In this document: positions 38,720 to 52,610 of the stretch, in pieces
How positions within the stretch are numbered: the first letter of the stretch is position 1
How the letters are laid out: each line of letters starts with the position of its first letter
Origin: Balanoglossus misakiensis
Lineage: Eukaryota > Animalia > Hemichordata
Direction: 5' to 3'
Assembly (NCBI GenBank): GCA_040954595.2
Contig: CM082598.2
Location: 10,059,097-10,123,096, forward strand
Length of the DNA: 64,000 bases
Position numbers and translations under genes: made by a program
Notes under the pieces: generated by a model
What the model was told of the DNA's origin: nothing
Databases searched by the model: none
Seen by the model: the letters and a program-made list of their open reading frames with translations, nothing else

Positions 38720-41700
38720 TTGTCAATCAATCTGGACTGCTCTTGTAACAACAACTCACTCAATGCTTCACTGGTGCTGGATGATTTTGTTGGCACTTGC
38801 ATAGCAACAGATAAGGCTTTATTCAGAAACTCTTCTAGTTGGCTGGAATTGGCGCCTGTCAGCTGGTGATACACTGCATATGGTGCAAAGTCAAACAAAA
38901 TTCACCCAATCATAAAATGTATCATTAACATGATCATACCATAAAAAATGTGAATGAATTACAATTATAGCGTGCGCATATTGAATCATACGAAATCACA
39001 CCAAATAACGCGAGACTTAGAAATAACATTACATGTGTATGGTGCCACTTAAACGACACCATTTATTCTTTTTGAGCCTAAATCATGTTTAACCACAACT
39101 AGACAACCACAATGACCTTGTGAGAATGAAACCCACCAATAAATACATGTAGATAATCTGAAGCTATCACAGAAACAGAATGTCTTTGACAAAGTATTGC
39201 AAAGCCTTCAGTTGACCGCGAAAAAGTTGACGAAGCATGCATGTGGAAAGTGGAGTGTTGACAACAATGTGAATATATGCACGATAGCTTGCTGCGCTCG
39301 CACTCAGGTCAAACCTGTTACATATTACCAAAAATGTGGATCTATATAATTAACATTGGGTCCGTTCCTTCTTATCCCACTCGTGTTTCTGTTTGTTTGG
39401 TGAGAATATCTAATAGGTTAGCCCCTTTCACTCCCAGTTCCTTCTTTAGAGGTCCAACCTTACCATAGAAAACGATGGGTTTGGACTGGAACATGGCGGT
39501 GAAAGGGTTCAGGTGCTTGAGGGAGTGTTAAAAATGCAGACTTTACCTTTCTATAACATGTCTCTATCTACAGCCATCCGTCCCTCAGTGACGGCTTCAA
39601 TGATTTCACTCACTTCATCCAAGTTGCCACCACTGGCTTTGATGGGACTTTTCTCACTGCTCAGGGATTTCGCTGGAAGGAAGGACGTAAGACTGGAATT
39701 AAGGCATACGTCCCTACATAAAGGGAGGACATTTGGACATGATACCACAAATGGTTAATGGAGTTTCTGGGAAGGTTTTCAAATTCCAGGAATTTCCAGG
39801 AGTGTACGAATCCAGTTAAGAATTCTTTATGTCATGTGATCTGGCCATGTGACCTGCAGCATTGTCATTTCCAGGTGACGGCAAACAACATAGTGGCATC
39901 CAGTAAAAGTTTTCCACGTATGTAAGTACTTAAGAACCGCCAGACATGTAACATGTATCAGGTATAGTACCTCATCAGCCTCATGGCATTTTGTCTGCAC
40001 AGTCTTTGTCTGCACCACGTTGCTGAAGTTGCCTGTCATCTGGAAAATTGAATGCCAACGTATTTGCGCTTGAGCGCGTCTGGCGTCTTTTGATATCAAA
40101 GAATAAATGCATTGTACAAACTTGAAACTATGTAGAATTTTTCTATTTATCCTGTGTGATATAGTGAAAACGCTCAAGTTACAGTTTGTGTATGGTTTTG
40201 AGAATTATTTCACTGCTTGAGGTAAGTGAAATAAACAGCTCACCTTGTTGTCTGTTGACTTTTTCATAGTGGTTGAGAAGTTTTGTAAACACACTGTTTT
40301 CAGACTTTGATGAACTCAAAATTGCAGACACTAGCTGGACAAATCTCATCATATCTTCCTTCTTTTCAAGATGTTTCTAAATGATATAAAGGAGTGAGAG
40401 TGAGAATTGTGCATGATTATGTCAGTTTTGAACTTTCATGTCTGTTTTGGACTGAGAGCTGTTGAATGAGAGAGAGAGAGGGAGAGAGAGATCGCGCTCG
40501 AACAATCAGGGGGTCACGCAGACGTAATCTTTTCATTGGCGTGATACTGATATCACCACGTAACTTGCAATTCCCAAGAGTGCGACTGTACGTACGTAAA
40601 CTGTATCAAATTCAACTCATTCACGTCATATGAGAGGAGGTATACCGTGCGAATGCGAGCGCTGGGGGAACCGGGTACCGCCTACTTGAAATGGACCTCT
40701 TCCCTTAGTGAAGTCAAATAATCATAATTATCTATCATGTAAGAAGTCAAAAATGTAAGAGAATGTTTTAATAAATATGTCAACTTATTATTTACATTCC
40801 CCTGTATATATTCCCCTGTAAATGTCTCATAATTTGAGGAATAATATTTTGGAAGCTGAACGGAAGTTGCAACTCAAATCAAATTTCAACTTCTCCAATA
40901 TATGGAATAACACTATAAGCCTACTGACTTGAGAAACTCAAATTGAATTTCAAATTCTCGAACAAACGAAAATATGTTTGAATGTAAGTAATCTTACTAT
41001 AAAATTGACATGCAATTACCTGTCGTTGGTGAAGCAAACTGAACAATGGACATGACAAATGATGTTTTCTGTGTAGATTATAAATAAACTGACTCTCATC
41101 ACTTGATGTTAGGATTTCTTGCATTGCCAGAATGATGTGATCACCAGAATTCTCTGATGAATCAAACAATTTCAGCCTGGAGATTTCCCTGGACAGTGTC
41201 TGTGTGAGAAATGATGGCAAAATATTAATATCATTTATTAGGAAACCTGGCCAGTCACTGAGAAATCTGTCGGCCTTTACAAAGTATAGTTCATAATCTT
41301 CTCATAAAATGATAAAGTTGCCGCAAAGGTATACAGTCACCTATAATTTACATACGCCCATATATGGCTGAAATGGCGTATTTGAGCGTTCTAAAGGACA
41401 TATGGCGGCGCTCTTTTTTTCGCCGTGTGCCACCCACTGAAAATCTGTGATTGGCTAGATCTCAAGTTTACCATGGTAACTGTAGTTAAATTACCATAGG
41501 TGACAATATACCTTAACATATCATATTTCTTCTGGGAAGTGTAATTGTTTTAAGATCAAATATTACATGTACATACCAATTGTATGCCTCTCAGATATTG
41601 TCTTTCCGTTGATGCACTCACTTTGTGCTCACCAATACTGAATAGCTGTAAATATAATCAAAGGAGAAGAAATCACTCACTCATTAGCAATGATACTGCA

Positions 41701-44193
41701 AAAGTGGAAGTGACTGATTTTGAGTCTGAAGTTGGAAAAGAGTCCCAGTACAGTGTAGAGAGGTTTCCAGATTAGGTAGATTTTGCTGTCCAACCATTTT
41801 CACACAACGGCCATAAAATTTAAAGAAGAACTATTAAATTACCCAGCCTGATAAGTTTTGTGGTGTTTGGAAAGTCGTCCATGTCTGATGACACAAGATC
41901 AGCTTTTGATTGTAACATGAGACATGATCAGTTGTGTTTTGGTTCAAAAGAACATGACCTGGTTTAAGAAGCCTTGCAACTTCAGGTGACTACAGAAGGA
42001 GCTATACTGTGCCCATTGGCCTTGATTTGACTGAGAAACCATGATTTACTGAAAAGCCACTTGGAAAAGGGTCCACTTTATTTCTAAACCAAACTTACCT
42101 TCAGGAAGATCATCTTGGCTGACTCTTGACTATCTACAGTGACTTTTCTTGCATCCATCTTGGCTGCAACATCTTTCTTTTCATCCACCTGCATTGCCTC
42201 ACTTTTCTCCTCTTTCTTTTCCTCATCTGCAAATAAAAATTGTGTTATGTCCAGGAAATATTATTTACTTTCTGAGAAGAAACTGGAATATCTAGCTTTG
42301 CAAATCAGTTAGTGAAATAAGAGAACGCAAACAATTAATTGTCATGAAATAGTCACCTCTGTTAATATCGCGAAAAATTTCCTATCACAAAAATTACCAA
42401 GATTACAGTAACCTAAAAATATAAAATCCTAATAATGTCCAAAGTTGAAGAATTCTATATGTATGACTTAACTTTTGAGACACTATTTCACAACACAAAT
42501 ACTAGTACCTTTGTTCTCTTTATCCAGGAATGAATTTTTTTCCACCTTCTGCTCCTCTCATCTGTTGAACTTCCACTAACTGAGCCATGTATCCTTTGTC
42601 AACCACAGCCTGTTCCATACTGTACAGATCTTGTCTGCAGGCCATGTCGAGATGCTGCAGTAGTTTGCTGTGAAAAGAAACAGAAGTGTTACATGTGTAT
42701 GTGTGTTACAGGGCCAGATCACGGCACATCATGACAAAATCTTTGTGAATATGGTGCTAGCATCATGTTTATAGCAGATCATGTGTATTCATACTTGTGG
42801 GCCAAATGACCTTAATATGTGGTTTGTTGTATGACTTAATTATAACACACACACCCAGTTTTTTTAATAGTCCTGCTTGAAAGATCACAGAGTGTCTTTG
42901 GCTACTGAAAAGCACCACCACAATGAGCGATAACTCACAACACCGAAGAGTAAATCTCTAAAGTTGTAATTTAAACCAAGTATGGAAATTGGGATGTACG
43001 GTAGCTTTGATGAGGAATAATTCTAGAGTTACAACATACCTCATGCTGTTGACTGGTATACCAAAGGACTGCACAAACAAGACCAACTGAGCTGGTTCCA
43101 AGTCTTCCAGGGCTGAAAAAAATGACAAATTCAGGATGAAAACAACAAAAGTTTGGTGAGAAAAGATCCCAAGTTGAATTAACACACAGATTGGCAGATA
43201 TTTCCACGAAATATCACATGTAAATGGTGCAACAACAGATTAACCGATCAGGCCATGACAAATACTGCACCTCTTCACAAAAACTGCTGGGTTGCAATTT
43301 ATAGCATAAAATTACTGTAAAACAGGAAATTTTTGTGATATCACAAGAGAGCTGACTATTCCATTGCTCACATTGTTTCTTTGCGACCATTTATTTTCAC
43401 GTTTTTTGGCTCTCACGAAATTCGCAAAAATTTCCCCTTTTACAATAGTATGGTTGGATCTATACAATGTATACATTGAATGGGGATGAACACTGGACAG
43501 TGGAGCATTCTATATTAAAATTTGGGAAAACATTGAAGCCATATTAAGGTCATACTTGATTAAGCTGAAAGTCGGCACAGAATAAATTTGAAATTCAATT
43601 GGCTACAAAAATTGACTTTTCTGCCATTCTGAGATCTCCATGCTGAGCTCAATTATGTTGCTGCTTCATATAGTGGTCAGCAATAAAAACTTACTACTGT
43701 TACAGTGGTTATACATGTAACTCTTATTAAATGTTTTTTTTTTCTTGTTTTATCATGAAATCTGACAATATCACGAAATCTGACTGTGGGTGGCACGACA
43801 GAATAAAACTGGTTTTCGTCTCAACTTTTGTACATGTAGTGACACAATGAAAGAATGACAGAGAAACTGCTAACAGACAGATTATTATACATTTTTTTAC
43901 CTTTTCATGTCACTTTTATAAAACACTGCATGGCAACAAATGTGAACCATGAACAATTTGCAAGACAATGAACTAGAAGTTGAACGAGATTTGAAGACCT
44001 GCTCTGGAAGTAATTGATTGACACTCACCCATGAGTAAGATTCCGCATGGGGCTGTGTGGCTTTCTTCAAGTAATTGTAGAATATATGTAACATGGATGT
44101 CAGTGTACATAGCGTTGGTCTGGTCGGCACTGGTGTCTCTACACAGCATGGAGCTGAGTATGGTGGGCCTTTCTACAATCAACTGAGCTAAAT
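38720..44193 (-). pseudogene. INTS1: INTS1 internal-fragment pseudogene copy, canonical unit
   Basis: All exons and shared lesions present; period 6022 bp. Confidence 0.88.
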
Positions 44194-45087
44194 GTGACAA
44201 TGTGTAATTAAAGAGAAATATACAGTCAGTGGAGTAAAGGGTATAACACAATCATACTGATGGAATTCTCACTACCTGAAATAGGTTTTTGCTACCTAGG
44301 TGAGTGATGAATAAAGGTCTAATGTCCTCTCTGATATAACATACTAGTGTATGGTAAATGTCTTTCAGAGATCTACACATTAAAGGGACAAACTCTCTAC
44401 AGTTAATTCATGTTGGGGAGATTTTTACTCTCATATCCTACAAACGGGATGGAAGTTGTGTGTGGTCGAACATTGATTCACTATATATCCACATGTAGAA
44501 TAACATAAATGGTGTCTTGTATCAAACATAATGTATGGAAAAAGGGCAGCGAGAGAAAGACTTTGTCCCTTTAAATATCATAGCTGGCATACAGTTATAA
44601 ATATGCATTTTTTGATTTATGTCTTGCAAGTACAAAACTGTTCTTTATTAAAAAGAAATACAGACAAGGTGATCCCAGGAACATAAAACCCAAAACTCAA
44701 AGCTACCAGACAGATGAGTCTTGAGATAAACTTGGACTTACTTGTCAATCAATCTGGACTGCTCTAACAGACAGATTATTATATATTTTTTTACCTTTTC
44801 ATGTCACTTTTATAAAACACTGCATGGCAACAAATGTGAACCATGAACAATTCGCAAGACAATGAACTAGAAGTTGAACGAGATTTGAAGACCTGCTCTG
44901 GAAGTAATTGATTGACACTCACCCATGAGTAAGATTCCGCATGGGGCTGTGTGGCTTTCTTCAAGTAATTGTAGAATATATGTAACATGGATGTCAGTGT
45001 ACATAGTGTTGGTCTGGTCGGCACTGGTGTCTCTACACAGCATGGAGCTGAGTATGGTGGGCCTTTCTACAATCAACTGAGCTAAAT
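44194..45087. repeat. Collapsed 894-bp unit (novel junction at ~44764-44765)
   Basis: ...ggactgctct|aacagacag joins the unit position equivalent to ~4821 to the position equivalent to ~3928. Confidence 0.85.
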
Positions 45088-45088
45088 C
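44923..45088 (-). pseudogene. INTS1: INTS1 exon DLAQLIVERPTILSSML...//...TLTSMLHIFYNYLKKATQPHAESYSW; the only copy with an intact acceptor; 166 nt, internal frameshift
   Basis: Acceptor ctttctgattctag|GAT and donor TGG|gtgagt. The two homologous halves (recalled human DVARLVVERSTIM and EVYSW) lie in different frames. Confidence 0.85.
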
Positions 45089-45425
45089 CTAGAATCAGAA
45101 AGGTAGCAGTGAAGTAAAATCAAATATGTTTGTCAAAACAACAACAACAATAACAACACACATAATCATATTCAAATAAAAATCACTTGGTTCATGCTTA
45201 GAACTTTCTATAAACTTACTCTTTTTTTTTGCACATACTCCAATGAAAATACTGTTTGATATATAGATCACAGACTTTTGCATTTTCAACTGTTTTTGTT
45301 CTAATACTATTTGTGTGTAGCCCTCACCCAGAACCTGTATGTATGATTCACAATCATATGTCTTTATTTGTTTCTACCAGAGGTCTCCACGACTCATACT
45401 GGAAATACACAAATCATCATCTTAC

Positions 45426-45555
45426 CAATGCAAGGTCGGCCATTTCATGAAGCTGATTGGTCGAAGAATATTTGGAGAGGAACATGATGTACGCACTGAT
45501 GGTGAGTGGCTCTGTTTCCATCTGGCAAGCCTTAGGACTAACAGCACATCGCTCA
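45426..45555 (-). pseudogene. INTS1: INTS1 exon ERCAVSPKACQMETEPLTISAYIMFLSKYSSTNQLHEMADLAL; single copy in window
   Basis: Acceptor gtttaacacag|T (an alternative AG lies further in) and donor TTG|gtaaga. METEPLTISAY...DLAL matches recalled human METDPQTISAY...DLAL and splices in frame to DLAQLIVER. Not in the ORF track. Confidence 0.87.
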
Positions 45556-45794
45556 CTGTGTTAAACGGCACAAAAGTTACAATTTCTGTCAAACTCTGCA
45601 CCTATTCTAGTTTCCCCCCAAAAAATTCACGAAAATGGCAAGCTAGACTTCAGTGTTATATCGAAATTCTACATTAAATTAAGCACTAAGCCTCATATAT
45701 TGGCAACTCATTCTCCACATGAGGCATTTTCAGATCTTTACACGATTTTCTGTGTACAAAGATCAACCTGAAGAAGTATGATACAATTTCTCAC

Positions 45795-46046
45795 CTAGTT
45801 GAGTCTGTCCTTGGTTTGAGTAACCAATCGATACATTTATGCAAAGTCTGCCAATTACTCTGGTGGCTCAACAGTGCCAGCAAATAAGCACTGCACGAAC
45901 TTTGAACTTTGCCCTCTGTTCTGGGTTTGTGCGTCTTGACAAAGAGTAACTGGTGTTGCAGTTGAGGGCAACTTTGCACAATCTCGGGGTCCAGGAGCTC
46001 CAGCCAATCAATAAGCAGCCCTGCCGTTGACCAGCCTAATTCGCAT
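45795..46046 (-). pseudogene. INTS1: INTS1 exon CELGWSTAGLLIDWLELLDPEIVQSCPQLQHQLLF...YLLALLSHQSNWQTLHKCIDWLLKPRTDST (252 nt, phase 2-2); single copy in window
   Basis: Acceptor cattgtcacag|A, donor AG|gtgaga, fully open. Matches recalled human GLLVDWLEMLDPEVVSSCPDLQ...YLLTLFTHQSSWPTLHQCI. Confidence 0.92.
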
Positions 46047-46596
46047 CTGTGACAATGTGTAATTAAAGAGAAATATACAGTCAGTGGAGTAAAGGGTATA
46101 ACACAATCATACTGATGGAATTCTCACTACCTGAAATAGGTTTTTGCTACCTAGGTGAGTGATGAATAAAGGTCTAATGTCCTCTCTGATATAACATACT
46201 AGTGTATGGTAAATGTCTTTCAGAGATCTACACATTAAAGGGACAAACTCTCTACAGTTAATTCATTTTGGGGAGATTTTTACTCTCATATCCTACAAAC
46301 GGGATGGAAGTTGTGTGTGGTCGAACATTGATTCACTATATATCCACATGTAGAATAACATAAATGGTGTCTTGTATCAAACATAATGTATGGAAAAAGG
46401 GCAGCGAGAGAGAGACTTTGTCCCTTTAAATATCATAGCTGGCATACAGTTATAAATATGCATTTTTTGATTTATGTCTTGCAAGTACAAAACTGTTCTT
46501 TATTAAAAAGAAATACAGACAAGGTGATCCCAGGAACATAAAACCCAAAACTCAAAGCTACCAGACAGATGAGTCTTGAGATAAACTTGGACTTAC

Positions 46597-49500
46597 TTGT
46601 CAATCAATCTGGACTGCTCTTGTAACAACAACTCACTCAATGCTTCACTGGTGCTGGATGATTTTGTTGGCACTTGCATAGCAACAGATAAGGCTTTATT
46701 CAGAAACTCTTCTAGTTGGCTGGAATTGGCGCCTGTCAGCTGGTGATACACTGCATATGGTGCAAAGTCAAACAAAATTCACCCAATCATAAAATGTATC
46801 ATTAACATGATCATACCATAAAAAATGTGAATGAATTACAATTATAGCGTGCGCATATTGAATCATACGAAATCACACCAAATAACGCGAGACTTAGAAA
46901 TAACATTACATGTGTATGGTGCCACTTAAACGACACCATTTATTCTTTTTGAGCCTAAATCATGTTTAACCACAACTAGACAACCACAATGACCTTGTGA
47001 GAATGAAACCCACCAATAAATACATGTAGATAATCTGAAGCTATCACAGAAACAGAATGTCTTTGACAAAGTATTGCAAAGCCTTCAGTTGACCGCGAAA
47101 AAGTTGACGAAGCATGCATGTGGAAAGTGGAGTGTTGACAACAATGTGAATATATGCACGATAGCTTGCTGCGCTCGCACTCAGGTCAAACCTGTTACAT
47201 ATTACCAAAAATGTGGATCTATATAATTAACATTGGGTCCGTTCCTTCTTATCCCACTCGTGTTTCTGTTTGTTTGGTGAGAATATCTAATAGGTTAGCC
47301 CCTTTCACTCCCAGTTCCTTCTTTAGAGGTCCAACCTTACCATAGAAAACGATGGGTTTGGACTGGAACATGGCGGTGAAAGGGTTCAGGTGCTTGAGGG
47401 AGTGTTAAAAATGCAGACTTTACCTTTCTATAACATGTCTCTATCTACAGCCATCCGTCCCTCAGTGACGGCTTCAATGATTTCACTCACTTCATCCAAG
47501 TTGCCACCACTGGCTTTGATGGGACTTTTCTCACTGCTCAGGGATTTCGCTGGAAGGAAGGACGTAAGACTGGAATTAAGGCATACGTCCCTACATAAAG
47601 GGAGGACATGATACCACAAATGGTTAATGGAGTTTCTGGGAAGGTTTTCAAATTCCAGGAATTTCCAGGAGTGTACGAATCCAGTTAAGAATTCTTTATG
47701 TCATGTGATCTGGCCATGTGACCTCCAGCATTGTCATTTCCAGGTGACGGCAAACAACATAGTGGCATCCAGTAAAAGTTTTCCACGTATGTAAGTACTT
47801 AAGAACCGCCAGACATGTAACATGTATCAGGTATAGTACCTCATCAGCCTCATGGCATTTTGTCTGCACAGTCTTTGTCTGCACCACGTTGCTGAAGTTG
47901 CCTGTCATCTGGAAAATTGAATGCCAACGTATTTGCGCTTGAGCGCGTCTGGCGTCTTTTGATATCAAAGAATAAATGCATTGTACAAACTTGAAAGTAT
48001 GTAGAATTTTTCTATTTATCCTGTGTGATATAGTGAAAACGCTCAAGTTACAGTTTGTGTATGGTTTTGAGAATTATTTCACTGCTTGAGGTAAGTGAAA
48101 TAAACAGCTCACCTTGTTGTCTGTTGACTTTTTCATACTGGTTGAGAAGTTTTGTAAACACACTGTTTTCAGACTTTGATGAACTCAAAATTGCAGACAC
48201 TAGCTGGACAAATCTCATCATATCTTCCTTCTTTTCAAGATGTTTCTAAATGATATAAAGGAGTGAGAGTGAGAATTGTGCATGATTATGTCAGTTTTGA
48301 ACTTTCATGTCTGTTTTGGACTGAGAGCTGTTGAATGAGAGAGAGAGAGAGAGGGAGAGAGAGTTCGCGCTCGAACAATCAGGGGGTCACGCAGACGTAA
48401 TCTTTTCATTGGCGTGATACTGATATCACCACGTAACTTGCAATTCCCAAGAGTGCGACTGTACGTACGTAAACTGTATCAAATTCAACTCATTCACGTC
48501 ATATGAGAGGAGGTATACCGTGCGAATGCGAGCGCTGGGGGAACCGGGTACCGCCTACTTGAAATGGACCTCTTCCCTTAGTGAAGTCAAATAATCATAA
48601 TTATCTATCATGTAAGAAGTCAAAAATGTAAGAGAATGTTTTAATAAATATGTCAACTTATTATTTATATTCCCCTGTATATATTCCCCTGTAAATGTCT
48701 CATAATTTGAGGAATAATATTTTGGAAGCTGAACGGAAGTTGCAACTCAAATCAAATTTCAACTTCTCCAATATATGGAATAACACTATAAGCCTACTGA
48801 CTTGAGAAACTCAAATTGAATTTCAAATTCTCGAACAAACGAAAATATGTTTGAATGTAAGTAATCTTACTATAAAATTGACATGCAATTACCTGTCGTT
48901 GGTGAAGCAAACTGAACAATGGACATGACAAATGATGTTTTCTGTGTAGATTATAAATAAACTGACTCTCATCACTTGATGTTAGGATTTCTTGCATTGC
49001 CAGAATGATGTGATCACCAGAATTCTCTGATGAATCAAACAATTTCAGCCTGGAGATTTCCCTGGACAGTGTCTGTGTGAGAAATGATGGCAAAATATCA
49101 ATATCATTTATTAGGAAACCTGGCCAATCACTGAGAAATCTGTCGGCCTTTACAAAGTATAGTTCATAATCTTCTCATAAAATGATAAAGTTGCCGCAAA
49201 GGTATACAGTCACCTATAATTTACATACGCCCATATATGGCTGAAATGGCGTATTTGAGCGTTCTAAAGGACATATGGCGGCGCTCTTTTTTTCGCGTGT
49301 GCCACCCACTGAAAATCTGTGATTGGCTAGATCTCAAGTTTACCATGGTAACTGTAGTTAAATTACCATAGGTGACAATATACCTTAACATATCATATTT
49401 CTTCTGGGAAGTGTAATTGTTTTAAGATCAAATATTACATGTACATACCAATTGTATGCCTCTCAGATATTGTCTTTCCGTTGATGCACTCACTTTGTGC

Positions 49501-52062
49501 TCACCAATACTGAATAGCTGTAAATATAATCAAAGGAGAAGAAATCACTCACTCATTAGCAATGATACTGCAAAAGTGGAAGTGACTGATTTTGAGTCTG
49601 AAGTTGGAAAAGAGTCCCAGTACAGTGTAGAGAGGTTTCCAGATAAGGTAGATTTTGCTGTCCAACCATTTTCACACAACGGCCATAAAACTTAAAGAAG
49701 AACTATTAAATTACCCAGCCTGATAAGTTTTGTGGTGTTTGGAAAGTCGTCCATGTCTGATGACACAAGATCAGCTTTTGATTGTAACATGAGACATGAT
49801 CAGTTGTGTTTTGGTTCAAAAGAACATGACCTGGTTTAAGAAGCCTTGCAACTTCAGGTGACTACAGGAGCTATACTGTGCCCATTGGCCTTGATTTGAC
49901 TGAGAAACCATGATTTACTGAAAAGCCACTTGGAAAAGGGTCCACTTTATTTCTAAACCAAACTTACCTTCAGGAAGATCATCTTGGCTGACTCTTGACT
50001 ATCTACAGTGACTTTTCTTGCATCCATCTTGGCTGCAACATCTTTCTTTTCATCCACCTGCATTGCCTCACTTTTCTCCTCTTTCTTTTCCTCATCTGCA
50101 AATAAAAATTGTGTTATGTCCAGGAAATATTATTTACTTTCTGAGAAGAAACTGGAATATCTAGCTTTGCAAATCAGTTAGTGAAATAAGAGAACGCAAA
50201 CAATTAATTGTCATGAAATAGTCACCTCTGTTAATATCGCGAAAAATTTCCCATCACAAAAATTACCAAGATTACAGTAACCTAAAAATATAAAATCCTA
50301 ATAATGTCCAAAGTTGAAGAATTCTATATGTATGACTTAACTTTTGAGACACTATTTCACAACACAAATACTAGTACCTTTGTTCTCTTTATCCAGGAAT
50401 GAATTTTTTTCCACCTTCTGCTCCTCTCATCTGTTGAACTTCCACTAACTGAGCCATGTATCCTTTGTCAACCACAGCCTGTTCCATACTGTACAGATCT
50501 TGTCTGCAGGCCATGTCGAGATGCTGCAGTAGTTTGCTGTGAAAAGAAACAGAAGTGTTACATGTGTATGTGTGTTACAGGGCCAGATCACGGCACATCA
50601 TGACAAAATCTTTGTGAATATGGTGCTAGCATCATGTTTATAGCAGATCATGTGTATTCATACTTGTGGGCCAAATGACCTTAATATGTGGTTTGTTGTA
50701 TGACTTAATTATAACACACACACCCAGTTTTTTTAATAGTCCTGCTTGAAAGATCACAGAGTGTCTTTGGCTACTGAAAAGCACCACCACAATGAGAGAT
50801 AACTCACAACACCGAAGAGTAAATCTCTAAAGTTGTAATTTAAACCAAGTATGGAAATTGGGATGTACGGTAGCTTTGATGAGGAATAATTCTAGAGTTA
50901 CAACATACCTCATGCTGTTGACTGGTATACCAAAGGACTGCACAAACAAGACCAACTGAGCTGGTTCCAAGTCTTCCAGGGCTGAAAAAAATGACAAATT
51001 CAGGATGAAAACAACAAAAGTTTGGTGAGAAAAGATCCCAAGTTGAATTGACACACAGATTGGCAGATATTTCCACGAAATATCACATGTAAATGGTGCA
51101 ACAACAGATTAACCGATCAGGCCATGACAAATACTGCACCTCTTCACAAAAACTGCTGGGTTGCAATTTATAGCATAAAATTACTGTAAAACAGGAAATT
51201 TTTGTGATATCACAAGAGAGCTGACTATTCCATTGCTCAAATTGTTTCTTTGCGACCATTTATTTTCACGTTTTTTGGCTCTCACGAAATTCGCAAAAAT
51301 TTCCCCTTTTACAATAGTATGGTTGGATCTATACAATGTATACATTGAATGGGGATGAACACTGGACAGTGGAGCATTCTATATTAAAATTTGGGAAAAC
51401 ATTGAAGCCATATTAAGGTCATACTTGATTAAGCTGAAAGTCGGCACAGAATAAATTTGAAATTCAATTGGCTACAAAAATTGACTTTTCTGCCATTCTG
51501 AGATCTCCATGCTGAGCTCAATTATGTTGCTGCTTCATATAGTGGTCAGCAATAAAAACTTACTACTGTTACAGTGGTTATACATGTAACTCTTATTAAA
51601 TGTTTTTTTTTTCTTGTTTTATCATGAAATCTGACAATATCACGAAATCTGACTGTGGGTGGCACGACAGAATAAAACTGGTTTTCGTCTCAACTTTTGT
51701 ACATGTAGTGACACAATGAAAGAATGACAGAGAAACTGCTAACAGACAGATTATTATATATTATTTTACCTTTTCATGTCACTTTTATAAAACACTGCAT
51801 GGCAACAAATGTGAACCATGAACAATTTGCAAGACAATGAACTAGAAGTTGAACGAGATTTGAAGACCTGCTCTGGAAGTAATTGATTGACACTCACCCA
51901 TGAGTAAGATTCCGCATGGGGCTGTGTGGCTTTCTTCAAGTAATTGTAGAATATATGTAACATGGATGTCAGTGTACATAGCGTTGGTCTGGTCGGCACT
52001 GGTGTCTCTACACAGCATGGAGCTGAGTATGGTGGGCCTTTCTACAATCACCTGAGCTAAAT
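46597..52062 (-). pseudogene. INTS1: INTS1 internal-fragment pseudogene copy; continues into the retained exon at 45795-46046
   Basis: All exons and shared lesions present. Small indels: 8-bp deletion at ~47609, GA expansion, 3-bp deletion at ~49867. Confidence 0.88.
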
Positions 52063-52610
52063 GTGACAATGTGTAATTAAAGAGAAATATACAGTCAGTG
52101 GAGTAAAGGGTATAACACAATCATACTGATGGAATTCTCACTACCTGAAATAGGTTTTTGCTACCTAGGTGAGTGATGAATAAAGGTCTAATGTCCTCTC
52201 TGATATAACATACTAGTGTATGGTAAATGTCTTTCAGAGATCTACACATTAAAGGGACAAACTCTCTACAGTTAATTCATTTTGGGGAGATTTTTACTCT
52301 CATATCCTACAAACGGGATGGAAGTTGTGTGTGGTCGAACATTGATTCACTTTATATCCACATGTAGAATAACATAAATGGTGTCTTGTATCAAACATAA
52401 TGTATGGAAAAAGGGCAGCGAGAGAGAGACTTTGTCCCTTTAAATATCATAGCTGGCATACAGTTATAAATATGCATTTTTTGATTTATGTCTTGCAAGT
52501 ACAAAACTGTTCTTTATTAAAAAGAAATACAGACAAGGTGATCCCAGGAACATAAAACCCAAAACTCAAAGCTACCAGACAGATGAGTCTTGAGATAAAC
52601 TTGGACTTAC

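Noticed and set aside
45088-46048. A mobile-element insertion into one unit
   Set aside because: No TIR, TSD or poly(A) tail. It contains INTS1 exons and completes splice acceptors on both sides, so it is retained ancestral sequence.
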